From: the human T2T-CHM13v2.0 reference genome, Homo sapiens
DNA length: 64,000 nt
Strand: one strand, 5' to 3'
Assembly (NCBI RefSeq): GCF_009914755.1
Contig: NC_060942.1
Positions within the stretch are counted from its first letter, which is position 1. The number at the start of each line of letters is the position of its first letter. A program made the position numbers and the translations under genes. Shown here piece by piece: positions 54,307 to 64,000 of this stretch. Under the pieces are notes generated by a model that saw only the letters and a list, made by a program, of their open reading frames with translations, was not told the origin of the DNA and did not search any database.

Positions 54307-57300
54307 GAACATGAATCTTATGTTTTAGACCTTAGATCCCAGGGCAAATAATGATTCCAACATTTGAAGAATTTTATGAAGTCCTTTTTCATTATTCTTT
54401 ATGGCCAGTTTTATAAGTGGGTTTCTGATTGTGTGATTCTTGGCAGAGTTGTGTTAACTTAATGAAACGTTACTCAGCTCACTCTTTGTTTTCATTGGCT
54501 CAGAGGCTACAGTTTGAGGGGTCTTTTATCAAAAGTGAAAAGTGTGTTAAGGAGGCCTGAAGTGTGTGAATATAATCTCAATTGAGACATCAGTTACATG
54601 CAGATGAGAAGCTTCATGGAGAAATTGGGGCATACATTTAAAAGGTCTGGACACCCTGGGGAGTAGTCACACTGACAGCTCATGAGGCAATTTTATACAA
54701 GGCTACAAAAAAGGAAAATGAGGGTGACTGTGGAGTTGTGAAGGGAGTGTTTTGAGTAACTTTGGAAGATGTTGCCCACCTACCCAGTGTCAGTTGGTAT
54801 TCTGGTCTTGTTTTGCTGGAGGTTTTACAGTAACTTGCCTGTGAATGCTCCAGTGTAGTTTTACATTGGATGTTCTGTGTCTGCATCTTTGTGTTCAGGA
54901 GGGTGGGGGTAGGAGAGTGTCAACAGGCTTCTACATGATCGTGGAGAAAGACGACACAGTGTGACCAACTACCTGGCAGCCATTCCTAAGAATCTTGCAG
55001 GGGGCAGGAAGGATATTCCTTCTATGCCTGAACCAGGTCCCCTAATTTTGGGAGACTAAGCTAATTTGTCTTTCATCCAACAGCTCTGCATTTTAGGCAA
55101 CAGCTTTGTTTGCTCATGGAGACACCTGCTCTACATTGGTGGCCTAGAGAAACTTAAGTATGTGAGAATTATGTTGTTTTAGTTACACATTGAAGAAAAC
55201 ACAGAGGAAAGCGAATACTCTTCACAGTCAGAAATGACCATTGGCAGGATATAGAACTTCCATTGCCCACTCTTTCTCCTTCTCCTTTCTTTTATTCCAG
55301 CCCCCAGATTATACAGTTCACAAGAAGTGTGAGGAATTTCAAAAGATCATGAAGCCCTGTTTCCTCTCTCCTGCCAGTGTTTTTCTTAAACCACTCAATT
55401 GAAGTAGACAATATTCTAATAGTATATGATCCGGGGGATAGAAATCGCACAGTCCCCCTTATACTTCTCCCTGTGTTCTTGATAACTTTTATAGAGAATA
55501 TTTTTTTCTTTATGTTGAAATCTTTTGTGCTTTTAATTAAGCTAATTTGCTCCTTTTTTTTTTCTGTGCTCTGATGATAAACAACAGATGGTCACCCCTT
55601 CATCTTAACTTCTCCAAATGACTTATCCCAACTCTTTCAAACATTACTTACAGACACTTTTCATTTCTTTTATCTTTTAGAGACCTCTTTTTCTTACATA
55701 TTTCCTCTTGAACTGTGAACTTCATTCCTGTCTAGATGGATTTTGGTCAATTTTAACAGTCCAGAGTCATGTAGGAAAACGTTTTCTTTTTAAATGGGAT
55801 GAAGTGACCCATTTAAGCATACTTTCATCTCTCTTCTTGAATTGTGAGATAAATATTTCATAATATACAGATCAAGAACAGAATATGATCTCATAAAACT
55901 AAAGATTGAGAACAGAATATGATCTCATAATAAAACAACAAACTACTTCTCAAAAACAGAATTGAAGGTATTCCCTCAATTACACATCTTAACTAGCCAA
56001 TTTTCTGTTTGATTTATATAATCTGTGACTGTAGATATGAACAAAACACTCATGTTCTTTAAAAAAAGTACTTTTTCATTGATGCCAGATAATTCGTTCT
56101 CACTTTTCTTTAGTTATATTGTATAAGCATTTCTCAAACTGCCATCTGGATAGCTAACCTGATTCCCCTTTATCGGAGTTTATAGTTTATATGATAAAGT
56201 ATGAAATAATTAGTAGTGATGCCCATGAATGAAACACTTAACCTTGACCTGTGCCAAACTTTTGCTGATCTCCTTCCTGTCCACTTTTTTCTGTTTCTCA
56301 TTTTCTAGGCTGATTGCTTTATTTCTGTGCAGATGTTTCAGGAACCTGATGCAGTGTAGATCACAGGGGTTATACCAGTATAAAATAAATAAGCTCTGAT
56401 GTCATTTTTCCCACACAAACAGCATATAGTATTATTACTCTCCATTACCCTGTGAGCGAAATCCTTGTTGGTTCTATGGTAGGAGGAGGTTAGGTGGCTA
56501 AAGGCTGGTAACTACAATATATGCTTTTCCTACTAAATATATTTATTTTTGGTTTGAGTTTTCTCTCTTCTGTGTTTAAGGAGATATTTTTATGAATATC
56601 CAGAGATAATAGTATAACTAAATTGGCCTGGCTGATAAATTGAGTACTTGTAGGAGAGATTCTTATAGCTACGTCTTATGTATACAATGGTCTTCCTAGT
56701 TACCTTTGGAGCTTCAGTGTTCTAACCAAAATGTTTGTGAACCATTTGTAGCCATTGTAATGAGGTGATGGCATATCCATTTCTGTGGCAGGTGAACGAC
56801 ATTTGCATCATATGATATCAGCCACCCAAATCACTAAGGTCTCTGGCATGATGACATTTTGCAGCAGCATTTTGTCACTCATATATGGTTGGTATAATTA
56901 TTATCTGATTCAACATTCCTCTTGGTTTATTTTGCATTTTTTCTGAAAATCTCTTCTGAATAAGAAGAGGCTTAATTGGGCTAATGAAGCAGGTTATAAA
57001 ATATAGTAATCATTCCAGTTACATTAGGTATGTTTCATTATAGAAGATATTGTTCTAAACGTTATAAAGAGAATCAGTGCTTGTAATTTTTAGACTCCAT
57101 GTCCTTTGAAAGGGTCTTAGGAAAAAATTGCTGTTTCCATTATTTTATTGCTAGTATTACTAGCAATTTATTAATCTATTTACTGACTTTTCTTGGCAAC
57201 TTATATCCTTTGGATTTTCTTTTAATGTAATAAGGAAATTTGCTTAAACCCAAATACCTATACCTATCTTGAAACAAATGTTTTTAGAAAAGGCAGTTCT

Positions 57301-60300
57301 GCTTAGGCTGAATGCAAAAAGGATTTTAAAAATAGAGTTCAGGAATGGTTTAATTGGGGTTAGATGGTTTTCCCTGTTCAAGTCTTTTTAACAATTTGTA
57401 GCATGTATTTTCTGGCTGTATATATCCAAAATATCTGATATACACAATTTCAAATGTAAATACTATACATAAAACAAATTATAACCCAAACATAAACTGT
57501 TGTGTTTATTTGCCATTTGGGGATACTTCTGAATTGTCTGCTTGTTGATCTTTCAAAACAAATTTATTATTGTTAAGTTTTCATCGGTAGTTCTCCTCAG
57601 GTAGAATTAATGGTCTATATCTAGACCATTGTTCTTTGAAAACATTTTTTAAAAATTCTTATGGCCTCCAACTCAGGTATTCTATCTTTTTCACTGTTTT
57701 TCCCCCAGCATCTTATACAGTGATTGGCATGAGGGAAAGTACTCAATAAAAGTTGTGCAACTGAATGATTCATCAATAAACCAATAAACTTCCTCTAAGA
57801 CCCCGCCCTCTATTCAGATTTTATTGACTTCTAACAATGTACCACAGTGTTATTCCTAATACACTATGTATTCTTTGAGTTAAATTTTTTATTCATATAA
57901 CTTTTTAAAATTACATTAGGAGGGAATACCAACCTATAATATATGTCAAGATCATTCATACAGAAAACTGTTGTGATTTGAGCAAATCTAGTCTGATTAT
58001 TCAGAAGAATGAAAGGGAGTGTTTGGAAAGAGAACTTACAGAAATGAAATTGGTAAAAGGCTGCACCCCTCCTTGTCTTTATTAGGTCTTTGAGCACCAG
58101 TTTCCTCAGATAGCTTGTTACTTATTGGGTGGCTCAGTGGGACAGAGAGCAATTAATAGTACACAATATCGGTGTTGCAGAGACTATATAATGTACAGAT
58201 CCTGGTCTGTGTTGTGGTTCTGCACCCACACAGCTTCTGCCATTTTATGTAAGCATTGTGATTTCTAATTTTGACTTTTAAATTTTATTTTTATTTCCCC
58301 ATGCAAAAGCACAAAACTGACTTTACTCGTTAAATAAGACAATGAGTAAAGATGGCAAAGAGAAATCTATCTATAATTAGTGGCAGGTCGTGCAACTTCC
58401 TACTGTCTTGCAAAGGAAATTCTGTCATTTGGCTTTCATATTATCCCTAATTGACTTTAGAATAATTTGAGAAAATAATTTAAGAAGGCTTCTATTTTCA
58501 AGTTTACAACAATTCATTTTATACATACTTTTTCATAAAAAATAGCTTTGCTGACCTCCACTTTCATGAATTCTTATTAAAAATCATAGTTGAAAGTTAA
58601 CTTCAAAAATACTTTAAACAAAATTTTTGAATTTGATACTTTAAAATTTGATTTTTAAAAAATTCAATGAACATTAATAGATCGACTGCTCTGTGCCCAT
58701 CTTCCCATGTAAGTCCCTGAGTTTCCAAGCCTGTGGCTGCTGAGGCAGATGACAGCACCAGAATTGCAGGGACTGTCATGAATTTGTACACTAAATTCCA
58801 AGAAAGCATGGCTAGGGGAGGAGCAAGTCTACCTCAGAAGCTGGGACAGTCAGAGAAGCTTTGGGGGAAGCTGTTCAGAATTTGGACTGCCAAGATGAGT
58901 TTGCCAGGCAGAGTGCTGGGAAAGGATATTTGGAGGAGGGACAATCAGACCAAGTACAACAAACACAGCAAGTAGATGTGTTCAGAAGACACTGAAGAGT
59001 CTCCAGATTGGCTGGATTATAGAGGCTGAGAATTGGGAGGCTGGCAGGATGTGAGACAAGAGAGATAGATCAAGTTTGTATTCTGATTGCTCCTTTCTGT
59101 ATATCCTGGGTTGTAAGTCACAGTTACAATTGTGGATGTCCTCTTGTACACCTGTCAGTGGATTAGTAATTACATTAGGAGGGAATACCAACCATATCCC
59201 CTCCCTAGCATGCAGCTTTAAAAATAGGAACTCTAATTTACATTTTCTAGTTCCATAGTATTTTCAAGTTGAATGGTAAATTAAAAGGAGAGACAGACAA
59301 CTTGGAGACACTGAAGCCCGCAGTTTTGCTGGAGCAGTCACCAGTTCTCTAGCCTTCAAGGCTGTCTCATGGTTACCTATAATCTCCCACCTCCTTTTGC
59401 TCCCTGATCTTCTAAATAGAGTATTTTGAGGGAGGGTTTGGGGAGTGCGAGTAGAGGTATTGAGAGGCAAATTTAAAATCAGCAGATTAGCTTTTAACTA
59501 TGCTTTTGGCTTGCCTATTTTTGGCAGGCAAGCAAAATGTAGACAGAAATAGTATTTTTATACCTTTTAAAAAATGTGGAATGATAAAAATTCTAGGGAG
59601 AACTAGTCTCATTTTGTTTCCTCATCTTCAGTTTGAAAAGGACAGGCTGTATTGTGGGATTTCAAAGTATAAGGTCCTGGCATTAGTTTTGTGATCATGC
59701 CAGTACATAGTTAGAAAAGATAGCTCCTGTTCTGTTCTGAATGCCAAGAAGATATCACTTTCTAAGCTGCATGTCAGTCTTTGATATTTATTGGATAAAA
59801 CATCTGTCCTAATTCTTCAGTTTCCTGGCTCCTGTTGTAATTTTACATGCAAGGGATTTTCCCTGATCCTTTCTTTAACATTAATTTTCCTTTGGCTTGT
59901 ATTTCAGAGGCCAAAGTCAGTCTCTTAGATAAATATTCAGGCAACTGTTTAAAATGAGTCCTTCATTATTTATTTATCACATCTATTATTAAGAAAGCTG
60001 CAAGAATAAGTAAAAGTGAAAACCTTGCATTTTGTCAGAATATGAATCTGCACGAACCTGCACAGCCAACTGTACTCAGTGAATTAGTGTTTTTAGATTC
60101 AGCTATTCTCACGTCATACGCATGGAAAAAGAATGAATAAAGCAAGTCAAATGCCCATGAAAAAAGGTCTGTATTTGTCAGTAATTTAAAAATGTGTATG
60201 AGCACACTGATTGAAGCCTATGGGTGAATTGCAAATATGTCCTACCCATTTTTTCTTTCCTGATTTTTTGTTCTTAAAAATAAGTTATTTAACCCAAAGG

Positions 60301-61751
60301 AACAATCACATACTTTTTTTCTGTTACATTTTGCTTTTCTTTAAAGTTCTATAGTTATTGTGTCAGTAAATAATTAGGGAAATATGGTTTGATCCAGAGA
60401 AATAAAGTAAGGAACAACTTCCAGAAAGAGGGATTAGGGAGAAAATTGACTACCTAGGACAGGTATTCTTGATGTTTTTCTTGGGTCTAGAATGGAGTGT
60501 AAGATAAAGCAAATAAAGTTGGGTTAAGGAAAATGAATCATTTTTAGAACAAACTGCATGGTATTCCTTAGTGCAGTTTCAACTGTTGTCCTGCCCTCCC
60601 TCTGAAATTCTGGGCTCTAAATTGAATAGAATCTTTCTTTTGGATACAACATATATAAATAGATGTCAATCACTATCAACATAGTGCCATAATAAATTTA
60701 ACTCAAAATGTACAGTGTATATGCTGATACTGAAATAGGTATCCCAATGTCTGATGGTTTCCTAGGTCAGAAATAGAGCAACTGGTGAGCTATGTAGCAG
60801 TTACCCTCAGGAAGGACAGATGATTGCATACTGCTTATTTTCTTATTCAGAAAATAGGAGGGATGCGAGGCCTCAATTACATGTACACTGGGTCAGAATT
60901 TGTTATTGTTTAATCCTGCTGAAGTGGAGTTTGCCTTTGAAAGACAGAGGAATAATAGCATTTTCTAAACAAATTGGAAGTACATTTAGACGCCCAGTAT
61001 GCAGAAGCATTCTCATATTTTCCCTAAGTTCCTTAATATCTATGGACTGCATTTAGTTCTCCTTTAAACGAACTAACCTGTAAGTTTCCAATTTTCTAGG
61101 TGTAAATGCCATTGTAAGAATGTGAAAGTAATAAAACATATATGCTAATGCACACTTTACTTTTGGCTGGGCATACATGAGATCTGTTCATTTGGGATCA
61201 TATATTTTATCTGCCGTCTCTCTGTCACCTCCTCAGTTGGTCACATTTCATAGAGACTTCAGAACATTGAAAAGGCTATCTGTATTATCAGTAAATACCA
61301 TAAATTTATGTTTAGACTATAAACTGATTATTATTTCTAATATTTCTTGATAAATAAGCTTTGGCAAGGTGTTAAAAATTATTCCAGTGATTATTTAAAG
61401 GAGAGAAGCCTAGGAAGCATAGTTTATGTGATCAATGTAATAAACTGTTTCTTAGCTAGAACATTTAGACTGTCTTAAGCAAAAAAATCATATTAAGTAA
61501 AAAAAGTCATATGATCTTTAATTCAATGACTTTTCTCACTATATTCATCTGCAAATCTTTTTGCTACTTCAACCATAGTATTTCCTAGACCCATCACTTA
61601 CAATTCTAAGTTTTTCCTTGTCGGGGGCTGAGTGACTTGTTTCCCCCTGCCTTTGTTAACTTCTAGTTTCAGTATCATGCAACTAAATTATGCTTCTTTA
61701 GATATGATATTTTCTGTATCAGATCTTGACTTTTGAAACCAAATATTGTAA

Positions 61752-61965
61752 GTGGAAAAATCATGGGTTCTGGAGCTAGACTAGGCTGGCCTTGAATCCC
61801 ATCTCTGCAGTTTCATTGGCCCTATGACCATGGGCAAGTTATTTCACCTTTTTGAGCTCTAGTTTTCTTCCTCCATTATAGAAATATATACCTTATTGTG
61901 TTACAAGAAAGCTGCAAGGATTAAATCAGATCACATGTTGGAAGTGTATGGCATTAATAACTGTT
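61752..61965 (+). mobile_element. MIR SINE
   Basis: catgggttctggagctagac...tgaccatgggcaagttatttcacctttttgagctctagttttc...aggattaaatcaga. Confidence 0.8.
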
Positions 61966-63279
61966 ATTTTATTTTCCTAAATTTGTTCATTTGTCTTTCT
62001 GATTACTTTCTGTATTAACAAAAAACTTGATTATTTTCTTCCCAGAATTGCCTCTCACGGGCCGCATAGTTATTTCTAGGCAAGGTGTGCTTGAGTCTAT
62101 CAGAAGCCACTTGAGTGTTCTCAAGGTGCATATGCCTGTGCTTCCTTTGTTACTACAATAATTTTTACTTCTTCACCTTCTTTTAAAACTCAGGTCAGAA
62201 CCCTCTCAAGTTACCATCACTTGGAAAGTTTTCTTGAATTAGCATTAACCCTGGTGCCCTTAAAAAGTCATGTTTTGAGTTTTTTTACAATATGTTCTCA
62301 AGTTATTTTCTTCTGACTTCCTCTTGCCTCCTGCCTTTGACATATGCCTCCATTCTGTCGCTAATCATAGTACTTCCTCGTTTTAATTTTCCAAACTCCT
62401 TCTCCCCCAGTGTATACAGAAAAGGGCCTGCATCTGTGCTCCTACTCAAACCATTTCAGTGTTAAAGTCTCTCAGTTTGAGAAGGAGTCAAATGAGGACT
62501 CAGAAGTCTGTCCGTTTGAGGAGAACTAAAGGTAGAGTTCTGGCTCAAACATAGGTTTCAGAGAGCAGACACTGCCTGTGGGCTCTACTTGGTCACCCAA
62601 GTCAGTGAGACATTGATTCTCCTAAAAAGCGGTCTTTTGGAAGAAAATGTCTTCTGTAGAATAGACAACATGCAAGCCTGACTCTGATAAAAATGAGCAG
62701 TTGTACTGTAATCTGTGAGAACACCATTTTCCTCAAAATAATTATCTTGAATTGATAACAAGCATCTCAGATTTCTTTTTTCCTTATCCATGCTTTATGA
62801 CTCAGCCCATAAGAGAAAATAAACATGTCCCATAGGTCACAGATTCTATAGTAGTAAGGCTGTTAAGTAGAAGCATCATAATATCTGTGAGGCTGGGTAG
62901 ATTTAAAACAATTGCATTAATTTATATTGTTTTTTTTTGTTTGTTTTTAGAATACTATGCATTGCCTAATCTCCATATTCAAATTCAAATAGTACCTACT
63001 GACTCCCAACTCCTGAGGCAGATATTGTCTATTTTTTATGTCCATACAATAGCTCAATGACATAGAAATTATCATCAATTTGCGGGTTAGGACAGGAAAG
63101 CTTAAAAAGGTTAAATGGAATTGCGGCCACACAGTTATTAAATGATTCCTTTTCTTCATATGTAGATACTATTCTTTTTACTGTGCTATTTTGCTTTATT
63201 TTAGGTATCCATTTTCAATTGGAGAAAAGCTCCAAGTGTGTAATTACAGTGGATATAAAAAAGGAATTCAAATTAGTAA

Positions 63280-63432
<153 letters not shown>

Positions 63433-64000
63433 TAGCTGCCATTTATTCTTTGTCCTTCAGTTCTGCATACTTAAGGTAATGTGTGTTTTGCTGATCAAGT
63501 AAACAATAACCTAGCAATCAGAAAGCAGAATCTTCCTGAATTCAATCCCATCCATGATATTCAGTTCAATAATTTTAATCTGTGATAAAAAAAAAAACTA
63601 GGAGAGGCTTGACTGAGAACTTTGATGTAAAATAGAAGAAGGAATATGCACCCACTGAAAATATGTAAAAATTTGTATTAACATTTTGTGTGTCTATTTA
63701 TGATTTATAGTAGTAAATCTGTTGGGTTCATAAATGCATTGCATATTTAAAAAATAACATCTATGTTTTTTGTGCTTATCTGATAGTATAAAAATAAATG
63801 ATAATTTATTTCTTGTTACTGAGATACATTAAGTTACAAATAAGAAAAATAGTGTTGCTTACTTATATCTGGAATATTCATTTATGAGTGTTGTTTGGTG
63901 CTGAATGGCAGTTAAAGTTGCCATATTATTCTGCCGTCACAGAGGCAGTACGGGCCTTTGTGGCCTTGCACTGAGATGGTGCAGGGATAGACACAAGGTT

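Overview
AT-rich, repeat-dense primate (most likely human) genomic DNA lying entirely inside ASXL3 on the + strand. Four coding exons (9291-9373, 46574-46682, 47926-48034, 63305-63426) splice through GT-AG junctions into one frame reading [79 protein letters not shown]...[18 protein letters not shown]...[10 protein letters not shown]. This is the N-terminal HARE-HTH/ASXN region (exons 2-5). The rest is intron, filled with Alu, MIR, L1, L2, L3/CR1, MaLR LTRs and DNA-transposon fossils (a deleted Tigger1 with a nested AluJ, Tigger4a, MADE1, MER1, MER5, MER91). Nearly all ORFs in the supplied track are repeat-derived or spurious. The two most interesting non-obvious signals are (1) a candidate 3-nt microexon (AG|AAA|GTAAGT, 43501-43503) with a distant branch point and an ~85-nt AG-free zone, at the position where paralogs ASXL1/2 carry a 3-nt exon; and (2) a still-legible, CpG-retaining fossil of an ancient L2-clade reverse transcriptase (28551-28946) bracketed by splice-site-like motifs, a possible exapted element or poison exon. 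All repeat family names come from recalled consensus sequences, not from a search, and boundaries of old repeats are approximate. I found no evidence of a wholly new multi-gene system.
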